Assembly (NCBI GenBank): GCA_016177405.1
Contig: JACOVG010000027.1
Span: forward strand, 14,733 to 78,732
DNA length: 64,000 bases
Source of the DNA: Candidatus Omnitrophota bacterium
Lineage (GTDB): Bacteria > Omnitrophota > Gorgyraeia > 1-14-0-20-64-10
Reading direction: 5' to 3'
A program made the translations under genes and the position numbers. Shown here one piece after another: positions 1 to 10,735 of the stretch (positions within the stretch are counted from its first letter, which is position 1; each line of letters opens with the position of its first letter). The notes below the pieces were generated by a model. That model ran no database searches, was not told the origin of the DNA, and saw only the letters and a program-made list of their open reading frames with translations.

Positions 1-363
1 CTTGCGATCGGGGTCCTCTCCTGGACGGCCGGTTTCGACATCCTCTACGCCCTGTTAGACCTTGACTTCGATCGCGCCCACAGCGTATATTCAATTCCTC
101 GACGTTTTGGCATTGAAACCGCCCTCAAAATCTCCAGCGGGTGCCATGGTTTGGCTCTGTTAAGCTTTGCCTGGTTTGGAGTTGCGGCGGGGTTGGGCGG
201 GTGGTTTGGGCTGGGACTCTTGCTGGTCGCCGGGCTTCTCTGGTACGAACACCGCTTGGTTCAACCTTCAAGGCTCGATCGAATCAACAAGGCCTTCTTT
301 ACCGTGAACGGATGGGTGAGCGTTTCCTTGTTCCTCTTTACACTGCTGGATCTTAAGCTGTGA
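1..363 (+). CDS. UbiA-family prenyltransferase (MqnP-like), 5' truncated by window edge
   Basis: Frame 1 from base 1 reads LAIGVLSWTAGFDILYALLDLDFDRAHSVYSIPRRFG...NKAFFTVNG, typical of UbiA-family C-terminal half; sits upstream of ubiX/mqn genes. Confidence 0.85.
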   Translation, partial: LAIGVLSWTAGFDILYALLDLDFDRAHSVYSIPRRFGIETALKISSGCHGLALLSFAWFGVAAGLGGWFGLGLLLVAGLLWYEHRLVQPSRLDRINKAFFTVNGWVSVSLFLFTLLDLKL

Positions 364-953
364 ACCACCCCATTGTGGCCGTCACCGGCGCCTCCGGCTC
401 CTGCTACGGGATCCGGCTGGTCCGCTGCCTGATGGAGGCCGGGTTGACGCCGCACGTGGTGGTCAGCCCCGCCGGCCGTCAGGTGATGGCGCTGGAGATG
501 GGCTCCGGCGATTTGAAACAGCACCTGGGAACCACGGGCTACCGGGAGGAGAGCGTCCGGGATCTGGCCTCTCCCTTGGCCAGCGGCTCCTTCCCGACCC
601 TGGGGATGGTCATCATCCCCTGCTCCATGGGGACCCTGGGGGCGGTGGCCAACGGGGTCGCCTCGAACCTTATCCACCGGGCCGCCGAGGTCACCCTGAA
701 GGAGGGGCGCAAGCTGATCGTGGTGCCCCGCGAGACGCCCCTGTCGCAGATTGCCTTAAAGAACATGCTTCAGCTCTCCCAGGCCGGCGCGCAGGTCGTT
801 CCGGCCAATCCCGGGTTCTACCACAACCCCTCTTCCATAGAGGATCTGGTGGATTTTGTGGTGGGCCGGGTGCTGGATCTGATGGGAGTTTCCCACCGCC
901 TGGTGAAGCGCTGGACCGGCGTTCCGGTTTTCGACGATGCTCTCCACGATTGA
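360..953 (+). CDS. ubiX: flavin prenyltransferase UbiX
   Basis: VAVTGASG, LASGSF, PCSMGTL, VPRETPL, PGFYH motifs. Confidence 0.93.
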   Translation: MNHPIVAVTGASGSCYGIRLVRCLMEAGLTPHVVVSPAGRQVMALEMGSGDLKQHLGTTGYREESVRDLASPLASGSFPTLGMVIIPCSMGTLGAVANGVASNLIHRAAEVTLKEGRKLIVVPRETPLSQIALKNMLQLSQAGAQVVPANPGFYHNPSSIEDLVDFVVGRVLDLMGVSHRLVKRWTGVPVFDDALHD

Positions 954-2022
954 CCCCGCCTGTTCGGACATCGCCGAGAAGGTCCGAATCGGCGCCCGCC
1001 TGACCCGGGAAGAGGGCCTGCGCCTTTTTGAGGCCGACCTCTGGACCCTGGGGGGCCTGGCCAACGAGGTCCGGCAGCGCCTGCACCAGGGGAAGACCTA
1101 TTACACCCACACCCTGCACTTGAATTACACGAACGCCTGCGTTCTCTCCTGCGGGCTGTGCGCCTTCTTCAGGCCCCTCGATCACGCCCAGGCGTACACC
1201 TTTTCTTTGGAGGAGATCCGGCGGCGCGCCCAGGCCGCCGGAAAATTGGGGATCCGGGAGTTTCACATCACCGGGGGCCTCAACCCCAAGCTCCCCTTCA
1301 GCTATTACGAAGAGATGCTCCGGATCTTGAAGGAGGTCGTCCCCGCGGCCACGGTCAAGGCCTTCACGTCGGTGGAGATCGATTTCTTCTCCAAGCTCTA
1401 CCGGCTTTCGGTGGATGAGGTTTTTGAGCGTTTGAAGGCGGCCGGGTTGGACTGCCTGCCCGGAGGCGGCGCCGAGATCCTGGCCGCGCGGGCGCGCCAG
1501 ATCATCTGCCCGGAGAAGATGAGCGGCGAGCGGTGGCTCGCCGTTGCCCGGCAGGCCCACCAGCATGGGATCCCCACCAACGCCACGATGCTCTACGGTC
1601 ACGTGGAGACGATCGAGGAGCGGGTGGACCACCTGCTGGCCCTGCGGGATCTGCAGGATGAGACCGGCGGAATTCAGGCCTTTGTCCCTTTGAGCTTTCA
1701 TGCCGAAAACACCGCGTTCGCGGATCTGGCCCCCACCACCGGGTTCGAGGACCTGGCGGTCTACGCGGTCTCCCGGCTCCTTTTGGACAACGTTCCCCAC
1801 CTCAAGCTCCTGTGGACTTATGTCGGCACCAAGATGATCCAGACGGCGCTGGATTTCGGGGTGGACGATGTGGGCTCCACCAACCTGGAGGAGCGGATCG
1901 TCAAGGCCGCCGGGGCCGACCACTCCGACCGCCCCACCGTGGATGAGCTGACCGGCATGATCGAGCGCTCGGGACAGGAGCCTGTTCTGGTGGACAGCCT
2001 TTACCGGGAGAAGGCGCTCTGA
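937..2022 (+). CDS. mqnE: radical SAM aminofutalosine synthase (CofH/MqnE family)
   Basis: NYTNACVLSCGLCAF (CxxxCxxC), PGGGAEI, NATMLYGHVET; mqn context. Confidence 0.82.
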   Translation: MLSTIDPACSDIAEKVRIGARLTREEGLRLFEADLWTLGGLANEVRQRLHQGKTYYTHTLHLNYTNACVLSCGLCAFFRPLDHAQAYTFSLEEIRRRAQAAGKLGIREFHITGGLNPKLPFSYYEEMLRILKEVVPAATVKAFTSVEIDFFSKLYRLSVDEVFERLKAAGLDCLPGGGAEILAARARQIICPEKMSGERWLAVARQAHQHGIPTNATMLYGHVETIEERVDHLLALRDLQDETGGIQAFVPLSFHAENTAFADLAPTTGFEDLAVYAVSRLLLDNVPHLKLLWTYVGTKMIQTALDFGVDDVGSTNLEERIVKAAGADHSDRPTVDELTGMIERSGQEPVLVDSLYREKAL

Positions 2023-2867
2023 TGGCCGCCCCCACCGCCGCGCTCGAGGAGCGGCCCCGGACCGAGAAGCCTTCTGTCATCCGGCTCGGGGACATTCAAT
2101 TCCTCAACTCCTGGCCGGTCACCTACGCCCTTCGAATGGGGAAGGCAGGACGGGGGGCAGCCGTCACCTCCGGCACCCCGGCCGAGATCAGCCGGCGGCT
2201 GCTCTCCGGCGAGCTGGACGCCAGCGCCATTTCCTCTCTCCTCTACCTGAAGCATGAGGAGGAGCTCGCGGCCGTTCCCGGTTTTTGCATCCGGGCCGGG
2301 GGGGCGGTCGGCTCTGTTTTGGTGATCAGCCGCAAGCCCCTGGAGAGTCTTCGCTGGAAGAAGATCGGCGTCACCAGCACCGGGGCCACGACCCCGGTGC
2401 TGCTCAAAATCCTGATGGCCCGGAGAGGTTTCAGGATGGACTGCGAGGTGACCTCCCTGCGCTACCCGGAGATCCTGGAGGAATATCCCGCCGCGCTTTT
2501 GATCGGCGATGAGGCGCTGGCGGCCAGCCGCCAGGCCCGCAGCGTTTTCCTGTGGGATTTGTCCGCCAGCTGGACCCAATGGACCGGGCTTCCGATGGTC
2601 TTCGCCCTTTGGGCGGTCCGGCGCCGCCTGGTGGAGCGGGACCCCGATCTGCCCGGAAAAATCCAAGGGCTCCTGGCCCAATCGCACGCCTGGGGCAAGG
2701 CGCACCCGAATGCGCTGATCGCTGCGATGCAGGAGGTCTTTCCCTGGCCGGCTGCCTATTTCCAGCAGTACCTGGGCCGCCTGTCTTACACCCTCGACCC
2801 CAAGGCCTGGGCCGGAATCCGGCGGCTGGCCCGTGAGGCTTCGAACATCGGAGAGCTCCCCTCCTGA
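2022..2867 (+). CDS. mqnA: chorismate dehydratase MqnA
   Basis: RLGDIQFLNSWP, GAVGSVL, ALLIGDEAL, WTGLPMVFALW. Confidence 0.88.
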   Translation: MAAPTAALEERPRTEKPSVIRLGDIQFLNSWPVTYALRMGKAGRGAAVTSGTPAEISRRLLSGELDASAISSLLYLKHEEELAAVPGFCIRAGGAVGSVLVISRKPLESLRWKKIGVTSTGATTPVLLKILMARRGFRMDCEVTSLRYPEILEEYPAALLIGDEALAASRQARSVFLWDLSASWTQWTGLPMVFALWAVRRRLVERDPDLPGKIQGLLAQSHAWGKAHPNALIAAMQEVFPWPAAYFQQYLGRLSYTLDPKAWAGIRRLAREASNIGELPS

Positions 2868-3997
2868 TGCCGGCCATCGGAGAGCTCCTGAAAAAAGCGG
2901 TGGAGGGGGAGCGTCTTTCCCCGGAGGAGGCCCTTTTCCTTTATGAGAAAGCGCCCTCCCTCGCCCTTGGGCGGGCGGCCGACCAAGTCCGGCGCCGCCT
3001 CCATCCCAAGCCGCTGGGCACCTTTGTGGTGGACCGGAACATCAATTACGCCAATGCCTGCGTCGCCGACTGCTCCTTCTGCGCCTTTTACCGGAAGCCG
3101 GGGCACCCCGAGGCCTACCGGCTGCCGACCGCCGAGATCCTGCGCCGGGTGGGAGAGCTCGTTGATCTGGGCGGCACCCAGGTTCTTTTCCAGGGAGGGC
3201 TGGACCCTGATCTGCCCCTCTCTTTTTACGAGGAGCTCTGCCGCGCGGTGAAGGCCCGCTACCCCGGGATTCACCTGCACTCCTTTTCCGCCCCGGAGAT
3301 TGACCTCATGAGCCAGGTTTCCGGCAAGAGCCACCGCGAGGTCTTGGAGGCCTTGAGGGCGGCCGGCTTGGACTCGATGCCGGGCGGAGGCGCGGAGATT
3401 CTGGTGGAGAGGGTCCGGCAGGCGGTGAGCCCCAAGAAGCTTTCGGCCGCCGGGTGGTTCGCGGTTCACCGGGCCGCCCATGAGACGGGCCTGAAGACGA
3501 CCGCCACGATGACCTACGGGATGGTGGAAACGCTGGCTGAGCGGATAGAGCACCTTGTCCGCTTGAGAGATCTGCAGGATGAGACCGGCGGCTTCCGGGC
3601 CTTTATCCCCTGGAGCTTTCAGCGGGGGCACACGGTCTTGAACACCCCTCCGGCGGGCGGGATGGAATATTTGAGGGTCATCGCCATCTCACGCCTGACG
3701 CTGGACAACATCCCGAACCTCCAGGCCGGCTGGGTGACCGAGGGGCCCAAGCTCGCCCAACTGGCGCTCGGCTTCGGGGCCAACGACTTCGGCGGGATCC
3801 TGTTGGACGAAGTGGTGGTGGGGGCCACCGGGGTGGTTTACCGGGTCGACCAGGCCGAGGTTCTTAGGCTCATCCGCGGGGCGGGGCGCGTCCCGGCCCA
3901 GCGGAACACCAAGTACGAAATCCTGAAGATCTTTCACGATGAAGACACAAACAAAGACCCTAGAGCGAATCTACAGCCCCATTCGGTCAGAGCTTAA
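2867..3997 (+). CDS. mqnC: dehypoxanthine futalosine cyclase MqnC (radical SAM)
   Basis: DRNINYANACVADCSFCAFYR, QGGLDP, FIPWSFQ, FGANDFG. Confidence 0.88.
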   Translation: MPAIGELLKKAVEGERLSPEEALFLYEKAPSLALGRAADQVRRRLHPKPLGTFVVDRNINYANACVADCSFCAFYRKPGHPEAYRLPTAEILRRVGELVDLGGTQVLFQGGLDPDLPLSFYEELCRAVKARYPGIHLHSFSAPEIDLMSQVSGKSHREVLEALRAAGLDSMPGGGAEILVERVRQAVSPKKLSAAGWFAVHRAAHETGLKTTATMTYGMVETLAERIEHLVRLRDLQDETGGFRAFIPWSFQRGHTVLNTPPAGGMEYLRVIAISRLTLDNIPNLQAGWVTEGPKLAQLALGFGANDFGGILLDEVVVGATGVVYRVDQAEVLRLIRGAGRVPAQRNTKYEILKIFHDEDTNKDPRANLQPHSVRA

Positions 3998-4946
3998 AGC
4001 GGCCGATACGCTTCTGGCTCGGGAGCTGTCCGCCGGCGCCGGCCTGATGGGGGAGCTCACCCGGTATGTGGCCCGGATGCAGGGCAAGCGGATCCGGCCG
4101 GCCCTGGCCCTCTTGAGCGCGAGGCTCATCGCCGGCGGGCGAAACGGCGCCTCCGGCTTGGGGAGGGAGCCCATTGCCCTGGCGGTGGCGGTGGAGCTGA
4201 TCCACACGGCCACCCTCCTTCACGACGACGTGATTGACGGGGCCAGTCTGCGCCGGGGCCTGTCCACCCTGAACGCCAAGTGGGGCAACACCCTCTCGGT
4301 CCTTTCCGGGGATTACCTCTATTCCAAGGCCTTTTGCCTTTTGAGCTCCCTGGAGTCTCCCGGCGTTCTCAAGCTCATGTCCGAGACGGCCCGGATCCTC
4401 TGTGAGGGGGAGGTGGCCCAGATCCACCATCAGTACAACACAGCCCTCTCCCGGGCGCAGTACCTGAAGATCATCGGGGCCAAGACCGCCTCCCTCATGT
4501 CGGCCTGCGCTCAAGCCGGCGCGCTGCTGGCTGGGGCAACGCCGCGCCAGGCGCTCCGGCTGTCCCGGTTCGGCCTTCAATTCGGTCTGGCCTTCCAGGT
4601 TCTGGACGACACCCAGGATCTGGTGGGAGACGAGGCCGCGCTGGGCAAATCGCTGGGGACCGACGCCGCGCTTGGAAACATCACGCTGCCCTTGATCGCC
4701 CTGATGGAATCGGGGGCCGCGGACGTTTCAAAGCGCCTGTCGGCCTGGTACGGCAACGGCCACTCCCCGGCCGCGGAGGCCGAGCTTTTGACCCTTCTGC
4801 GCGAAGAAGTGATCCGCCGAAAAATCCCGCAGGCCTGCCGAAGATTGGCGGGGCGGTTCCTCGACCGCTCCCGAGAGGCTTTGGAACCCTTTCCGGATTC
4901 GCCTGCGAAGGAAAGCCTCTTGGCGCTGGCCGATTATCTGTTATAA
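3939..4946 (+). CDS. polyprenyl diphosphate synthase
   Basis: GKRIRP, ELIHTATLLHDDVID, KTASL, FQVLDD motifs. Confidence 0.92.
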   Translation: MKTQTKTLERIYSPIRSELKAADTLLARELSAGAGLMGELTRYVARMQGKRIRPALALLSARLIAGGRNGASGLGREPIALAVAVELIHTATLLHDDVIDGASLRRGLSTLNAKWGNTLSVLSGDYLYSKAFCLLSSLESPGVLKLMSETARILCEGEVAQIHHQYNTALSRAQYLKIIGAKTASLMSACAQAGALLAGATPRQALRLSRFGLQFGLAFQVLDDTQDLVGDEAALGKSLGTDAALGNITLPLIALMESGAADVSKRLSAWYGNGHSPAAEAELLTLLREEVIRRKIPQACRRLAGRFLDRSREALEPFPDSPAKESLLALADYLL

Positions 4947-4971
4947 AATAAACTCTCTAACCCGGTTACGG

Positions 4972-5580
4972 ATGGCTTACTATCCCGTCTTTCTTGAGCT
5001 GAAGGGCCGCTTGTGCCTGGTGGTGGGGGGCGGCGAGGTGGCCTATCGGAAGGCCCACAGCCTCGCCGGCTGCGGGGCGAAGGTCGAGGTGGTCGCGCCC
5101 AAACTCCACCCCGGACTCCGGCGCCTCGCGGAACGCAAGAAGATCCGCTGGGTCCGCGGCTTGTTCCGTCAGGCGCACTTGAAGGGGGCCGATCTGGTGA
5201 TTGCGGCGACCGACGAGGCGCGGGTCAACACCGCGGCCTCGGCCTGGGCCAGGAAGCGGGGTTTGTGGATCAACGTGGTGGACCGGCCTTCGTTGTGCTC
5301 TTTCATTGTTCCATCGGTCGTCCGGCGGGGCAAGCTCGTCTTCGCCGTTTCCACCGGCGGGGCGAGCCCGGCGCTGGCCAAATGGATCCGGAGGGATCTT
5401 CAGGCCCGTTATGGCCCGGAGTTCAAAGGGCTGCTCGCGGCAATCGCCAAGGTCCGCGGGAAGGTGCAACGCAGGGTGCTCGGCCTCCGGCAGCGCAAGA
5501 AACTTTTTGAAGAGGCCCTGGCGGCCTACTTCAGGGTGATACAAAACAATGCCGATCGCGGTTCTCGGATTAAACCATAA
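4972..5580 (+). CDS. precorrin-2 dehydrogenase / sirohydrochlorin ferrochelatase (SirC/CysG N-terminal type)
   Basis: YYPVFL, VVGGGEVA, NVVDRP, STGGASPALA. Confidence 0.9.
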   Translation: MAYYPVFLELKGRLCLVVGGGEVAYRKAHSLAGCGAKVEVVAPKLHPGLRRLAERKKIRWVRGLFRQAHLKGADLVIAATDEARVNTAASAWARKRGLWINVVDRPSLCSFIVPSVVRRGKLVFAVSTGGASPALAKWIRRDLQARYGPEFKGLLAAIAKVRGKVQRRVLGLRQRKKLFEEALAAYFRVIQNNADRGSRIKP

Positions 5581-6577
5581 AACAGCCCCGGTAGAGCTTC
5601 GGGAGCGGCTGGCCTTTCAGAAGGAAAGGGTGCCGGAGGCGCTGGCCCGCCTGCGCCGGGAGCTTCACATCCCGGAGTGCGTGATCCTCTCCACCTGCAA
5701 CCGGGTGGAGCTGTACGCCTTCCTGCCGGAACTGAACGGCCATCACCATCGGCTCAAGGAATTCCTGGCCCGCTTCCATCAGGTGGAGCCCCAGGCGCTG
5801 GGCGACCGGCTCTATTGGCATCTGGAGCCCTCCTCCATCCGGCATCTGTTCCGGGTGGCCTGCGGCCTGGAGTCGATGGTGGTGGGGGAATCGGAGATCC
5901 TCGGTCAGGTGCGCGAGGCCTACCAGAAGGGAGTTTCCTGCGGCAGCGTGGGCGAGGTGTTTCACCGGCTTTTTCAGACGGCCTTGAAAACCGGAAAGGC
6001 CGTTCGCTCCAAGACCCGGATCGGGCAGGGGGCCGTGTCGGTGAGCTCGGCCGCCGTGGAGCTTGCCCGCCGGATTTTTCAGGACTTGCCGACGAAGACC
6101 GTCCTCACGCTGGGAGCGGGCGCCATGGGAGAGGCGACCCTCCAGTCTCTGAAGGACCAGGGGTTGGGCCGGGTTTTGGTGGTCAACCGCTCTCCGGAGG
6201 CGGCCCGCCAGCTGGCGGCCGTCTTCGGCGGGGAGGCCGTGGCCTGGGAAGATCTGGAGGCCGCGGTGGTCCGCGCCGACATCGTGATCTGCTCGACCGC
6301 CTCCGACCGCTATCTTTTGACCCGCCGCCAGGTTCAGCCCCTCGTGTCGAACCGGCCCCAGAGGCCCCTGTTTTTGATCGACATCTCGGTTCCGCGCAAC
6401 CTCGACCCCGCCATCGGCGATCTGGAGAATGTCCATCTCTACGACATCGACGATCTGGAGGAAATCGCCCTGGCCAACCGGAGGATGCGCTTGAACGAGA
6501 CGGGGGCGTGCACCCGGATCCTTGAGGAGGAGCTGGAACGCTTCCTGATCCGGTTCAGCGGCTCCCTGGCCTCATGA
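5549..6577 (+). CDS. hemA: glutamyl-tRNA reductase (short form)
   Basis: HKTAPVELRE, STCNRVE, GESEILGQV, GAGAMG, DISVPRN; ends at 342 aa. Confidence 0.93.
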   Translation: MPIAVLGLNHKTAPVELRERLAFQKERVPEALARLRRELHIPECVILSTCNRVELYAFLPELNGHHHRLKEFLARFHQVEPQALGDRLYWHLEPSSIRHLFRVACGLESMVVGESEILGQVREAYQKGVSCGSVGEVFHRLFQTALKTGKAVRSKTRIGQGAVSVSSAAVELARRIFQDLPTKTVLTLGAGAMGEATLQSLKDQGLGRVLVVNRSPEAARQLAAVFGGEAVAWEDLEAAVVRADIVICSTASDRYLLTRRQVQPLVSNRPQRPLFLIDISVPRNLDPAIGDLENVHLYDIDDLEEIALANRRMRLNETGACTRILEEELERFLIRFSGSLAS

Positions 6578-7167
6578 CCCCCGCCGACCCGGCACCCTCC
6601 CCGTCCCCCCCGGCGCCCAAGGGACCCGTGAAGTCGGCCCAGCAGGTCGAGGTGGACGAATCCAAGGTCTGGTCCTTGTGGTTCACCCGGCGGGAGTTCC
6701 TCACCCTGGCGGCCTGGGGAGCCTTCCTGGCCGGGTTGGCCGGGACCCTGCTGTCGGCGCTTCGTTTTTTTATCCCCCGCGTCACGTACGATCCCCCATC
6801 GGTTTTCAAGGTGGGCAAGCCGGAGGATTTCTCCCCGGGGGTGGTGGACGAGCGGTGGAAGAAGAAATACCGGATCTGGGTGGTGCGGGACGCCCCGGAG
6901 GCCGGAAGCGGGATCTACGCGATCTTCGCCCGCTGCACCCATTTGGGCTGCACCCCCAACTGGCTGGAGGGGCTGAACAAATTCAAGTGTCCCTGCCACG
7001 GCTCCGGCTTCAGGAGGGGGGGCGTCAATTTTGAAGGGCCCGCCCCCCGGCCCCTGGAGCGCTGCCGGGTGGCGCTGGCCGACGATGGGCAGATCGTGGT
7101 GGATGTCAACACCCGCTTCAAGAATCCCAAGGACTGGAAGCGGCCGGACGCTTATCTGAAGGTATGA
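6574..7167 (+). CDS. Rieske Fe-S subunit of a Rieske/cytochrome b complex (Tat-type anchor)
   Basis: TRREFL twin-Arg, CTHLGC and CPCHGS boxes, GPAPRPL. Confidence 0.93.
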   Translation: MTPADPAPSPSPPAPKGPVKSAQQVEVDESKVWSLWFTRREFLTLAAWGAFLAGLAGTLLSALRFFIPRVTYDPPSVFKVGKPEDFSPGVVDERWKKKYRIWVVRDAPEAGSGIYAIFARCTHLGCTPNWLEGLNKFKCPCHGSGFRRGGVNFEGPAPRPLERCRVALADDGQIVVDVNTRFKNPKDWKRPDAYLKV

Positions 7168-8678
7168 AGCTCGCCGACCTCGCCCGCGCCATTCGGACCT
7201 CCGCGGTCTGGAAATCGGTCTTCCGGCACGGCTATCAGGACACCCCGCGCAACCGGGCCCTGATGGTCCTCTCCAACGTCTTCCTGCACCTGCACCCCGT
7301 GAAGGTTCGGCCGGCCTCCTTGAGGTTCCGCTACACCTGGGGCCTGGGGGGGTTGTCCTTCTACCTGTTTTTGCTGCTGACGGTGAGCGGGGTCCTCCTC
7401 ATGTTTTACTACCGGCCGACCGTGGACCACGCCTACTGGGACATGAAGGATTTGAGATTTGTCGTTCCCTTTGGCTCCTTCTTGAGAAACATCCACCGGT
7501 GGTCGGCCCACGTGATGGTCCTTTTCGTCATGTTCCACATGATCTCGGTTTTTTACCGAAGCGCCTACAAGGCGCCCCGCGAGTACAACTGGGTGGTGGG
7601 GGTGATCCTGCTTTTGATCACTTTTCTGCTCTCCTTCACGGGGTACCTGCTGCCGTGGGATCAACTGGCCATCTGGGCGGTGACGGTGGGAACCAACATG
7701 GCGGCCAACACGCCCCTCCTGGGGGCCGAGGGGCCCTTCGCCATCGTGACCGCGGACAACGACGCCCGATTCATCCTGCTGGGCTCCAAGATCGTGGGAG
7801 AGGCGGGCCTGATCCGCTTCTACGTCCTGCACTGCGTTCTGCTTCCGCTTTTCTTCATCGGCTTTGTTTCGGTCCATTTCTGGCGGGTGAGAAAGGATGA
7901 GTTCTCGGCCGTGCCGCTGCCGCCCCGGGAGGAGAGGGACCGGGGGGTCAGGCCCGAGGAATGGCTCAAGGCCCACCCGGAGGCGCAGGCCCGGAAGGTC
8001 TTCACCTGGCCCAACCTCGTCTCGCGGGAGTTCGTGGCGGCGCTGGTGGTGACCGCGGGGCTCTCGATCTGGTCGGTCATCGCCCACGCGCCGCTGGAGG
8101 AGCTGGCCAACCCCAACAAGACGCCCAACCCCTCCAAGGCGCCCTGGTACTTTGTGGGGCTTCAGGAGCTGCTCGTCTATTTTGATCCCTGGATTGCCGG
8201 GGTGGTCCTGCCCACGATGATTCTGTTGGGGTTGGCCGCGCTCCCGTACCTCGACCCCAACCCCCGGGGGATCGGATACTACAACTTCCGGGACCGGAAG
8301 TTCGCTTCCGGGATCTTCACCTACGGCATCGCGTTGTGGTTCATCCTGATCGGGATCGGCTACTACCTGCGTGGTCCCGGGTGGGAGATCTACTGGCCCT
8401 GGGAGCCGTGGGACCATTTCCGGCCGGCCTCCTCGGTGGGGCTTTCCAACCTGCCGAACGGCCTTGGGATTCTCTTCCTGCTGGCCTACGGGGCTCTGGG
8501 GATGCTTCTTCCCAAGCTCTGGTTCAAGAATTTCTACAAGCAGCTTGGGCCCTTGCGGTATCTGCTCGTGATGTTCTTTGTGCTGGGGATGTTCTTTGTG
8601 CCGGTCAAGATGATTCTGCGCAACGTCTTCAGGATAAAGTACATTGTGAGCTTGCCCGATTTCAACCTCAACATATGA
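7164..8678 (+). CDS. cytochrome b with fused subunit-IV-like region
   Basis: [32 protein letters not shown] (PEWY equivalent). Confidence 0.9.
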   Translation: MKLADLARAIRTSAVWKSVFRHGYQDTPRNRALMVLSNVFLHLHPVKVRPASLRFRYTWGLGGLSFYLFLLLTVSGVLLMFYYRPTVDHAYWDMKDLRFVVPFGSFLRNIHRWSAHVMVLFVMFHMISVFYRSAYKAPREYNWVVGVILLLITFLLSFTGYLLPWDQLAIWAVTVGTNMAANTPLLGAEGPFAIVTADNDARFILLGSKIVGEAGLIRFYVLHCVLLPLFFIGFVSVHFWRVRKDEFSAVPLPPREERDRGVRPEEWLKAHPEAQARKVFTWPNLVSREFVAALVVTAGLSIWSVIAHAPLEELANPNKTPNPSKAPWYFVGLQELLVYFDPWIAGVVLPTMILLGLAALPYLDPNPRGIGYYNFRDRKFASGIFTYGIALWFILIGIGYYLRGPGWEIYWPWEPWDHFRPASSVGLSNLPNGLGILFLLAYGALGMLLPKLWFKNFYKQLGPLRYLLVMFFVLGMFFVPVKMILRNVFRIKYIVSLPDFNLNI

Positions 8679-8688
8679 CGGTTCCATA

Positions 8689-9876
8689 ATGCGCCGAAGC
8701 GTCTGGAACTGGCTGTTTCTGGCCTCCAGCTTCTGCCTCGCCCTCCTCTTTATGGTGCTGGTCTGGCAGGAGACCTTCCCGGAGTGGAAGGGCTACCAGG
8801 CGCAGTATTACCGGCGGCTGGCCGATCTGACGGGGGAACCGGGCAAGGCCGCGACGGCCCTGGCCATCAAGCAGGTCCACCTGCCGGAACTGGGACGGGT
8901 GGACCGCTGCATGACCTGCCACATGGGGATAGACAATCCCAGAATGAAGGAGGAGCCGCAGCCCCTGACCACCCACCCCGATCTGGGGATCCCGGAGTTT
9001 CTGGCGAAACACCCCTTTAACGAAATGGGCTGCACCGTTTGCCACCACGGGCAGGGGCCGGCCACGGCCGCGGCCCATGCCCATGGTCCGGTGAAGCATT
9101 GGGAGCAGCCCCTCCTCGATAGGGGCCTGACGGTGGGGACCTGCGCCACCTGCCACGAGGACCTTGAGACCCTGCGGGGGGCCGAGGTGCTGAATCAGGC
9201 CCGGCAGAAATTCGTGAGCTTAGGCTGCATCGGCTGCCACACCCTCAAGGGCTCCGGCATGCTGGTGGGTCCGGAGTTGGCCGAGACCTGGGATAAGTCA
9301 ACCGCAGAGCTCGATTTTAAGTACATCCAGGGCGAGCACACCGTAGCCCGCTGGGTCTACGAGCACTTCATGAACCCGCAGCGGGTGGTTCCGGGCTATC
9401 CGGCCCTGGGGATTCCGGAGACGGCCATGCCCAACTACGAGCTGACCGAAGAGGAGGCCGAGCATCTGACCGCCCTGGTGTTAAGCTTCTCCGCTTCGGA
9501 GACGGTGGTGCCGCTCAAGTTCAAGGTGCGCTCGGGCCCTGCGGCCCCGGAGCCGGCCTACGCCTCCACGGTGGAGAGGGGAAGGGCCCTCTTCATCCGG
9601 TACGGCTGCGTCGGCTGCCACGGCCCCGAGGGGCGCGGCGGCGTTAGGAACAAGAATATGGAGCCGGCGGAGGAGGTTCCGCCGCTGACGTATGTCGCCG
9701 GCGGGTTTACCAGGCAGGAGCTTAAAGACACCATCGCCAACGGCCGCTATCCCGCGCGGGCTGACGCCAACGACCTGGCGCCGCCCCTGTGGATGCCCTC
9801 CTGGAAGGAAAAGATCTCGGAGGAGGAGCTGGAGGCGCTGGCGGATTATCTGTTGTCTCTTTCAACGGAGGGTTAA
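8689..9876 (+). CDS. membrane-anchored pentaheme cytochrome c
   Basis: N-terminal TM helix; five CxxCH: CMTCH, CTVCH, CATCH, CIGCH, CVGCH. Confidence 0.88.
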   Translation: MRRSVWNWLFLASSFCLALLFMVLVWQETFPEWKGYQAQYYRRLADLTGEPGKAATALAIKQVHLPELGRVDRCMTCHMGIDNPRMKEEPQPLTTHPDLGIPEFLAKHPFNEMGCTVCHHGQGPATAAAHAHGPVKHWEQPLLDRGLTVGTCATCHEDLETLRGAEVLNQARQKFVSLGCIGCHTLKGSGMLVGPELAETWDKSTAELDFKYIQGEHTVARWVYEHFMNPQRVVPGYPALGIPETAMPNYELTEEEAEHLTALVLSFSASETVVPLKFKVRSGPAAPEPAYASTVERGRALFIRYGCVGCHGPEGRGGVRNKNMEPAEEVPPLTYVAGGFTRQELKDTIANGRYPARADANDLAPPLWMPSWKEKISEEELEALADYLLSLSTEG

Positions 9877-9879
9877 AAC

Positions 9880-10044
9880 ATGTTCAACATAGGTTGGCCG
9901 GAGCTCGTGCTCATCCTCGTGGTGGTTTTGCTCCTGTTCGGCGCCGCGCGTCTGCCGGAGGTTGCCAAGCAGTTGGGCAAGGCCATCCAGGAGTTCAAGA
10001 AGGCTTTTAAGGGAGAGGATGGAGAAGGAAAGTCCGCGTCCTGA
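9880..10044 (+). CDS. tatA: twin-arginine translocase TatA (54 aa; not in ORF track)
   Basis: Manual translation [54 protein letters not shown]; GGAGG upstream; precedes tatC. Confidence 0.92.
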   Translation: MFNIGWPELVLILVVVLLLFGAARLPEVAKQLGKAIQEFKKAFKGEDGEGKSAS

Positions 10045-10735
10045 CGCCCTGCCCTTTATCACCCATCTGGAGGAGCTGCGCCGAAGGCTCTTGAGGTCCT
10101 TGGGCTGGGTGGCGCTGGGGGTGGCGGTGGCCTGGGTGAAGAGCGAGGCGCTACTTTCGTGGCTCATTGAGCCGGTGGGGAAGGTGGTCTACTTGAGCCC
10201 CACGGAGCCTTTTCTTCTTCAGCTGAAGGTGGCTTTGTGGGCGGGAGGGGTGCTGGCCTGTCCCTTCTTGGCCTGGGAGGCGTGGGGCTTTCTCTCGCCG
10301 GGCCTGCTGGCCCGCGAGCGCCGGTGGATGGCCTTTCTGATCCCCGCCGGGTTCGGCCTCTTCCTGCTGGGAGGGTGGCTGTCGTTCCGGTTCCTGGTGC
10401 CCGTGGCCTTGGGTTTTCTGCTGCGCTTCGGGGTGGAATCGCTGACCCCCATGATCAGCGCGGGCCATTACTTCGGTTTTGTGATAGGATTAGCCCTGGC
10501 CGGCGGGATCATGTTTCAGACGCCGGTGGTGGTTCTGGTGTTGACCCAGATGGGTTTGGTCACGCCCCGCACCCTGCTGGCGCAGTGGCGCGTGGCGGTG
10601 GTCGTGATTCTGGTGGCCTCGGCGGTTTTGACGCCGACGCCGGATATGGCGAGCCAGCTCATCCTTTCCTTGCCCATGACAGGGCTTTACTTTTTATCGG
10701 TGGCGCTGTCCTATGTCACTTGCCGGAAGAATTGA
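10019..10735 (+). CDS. tatC: twin-arginine translocase TatC
   Basis: [21 protein letters not shown]; ATG at 10019 preferred to the track start 9962. Confidence 0.92.
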   Translation: MEKESPRPDALPFITHLEELRRRLLRSLGWVALGVAVAWVKSEALLSWLIEPVGKVVYLSPTEPFLLQLKVALWAGGVLACPFLAWEAWGFLSPGLLARERRWMAFLIPAGFGLFLLGGWLSFRFLVPVALGFLLRFGVESLTPMISAGHYFGFVIGLALAGGIMFQTPVVVLVLTQMGLVTPRTLLAQWRVAVVVILVASAVLTPTPDMASQLILSLPMTGLYFLSVALSYVTCRKN

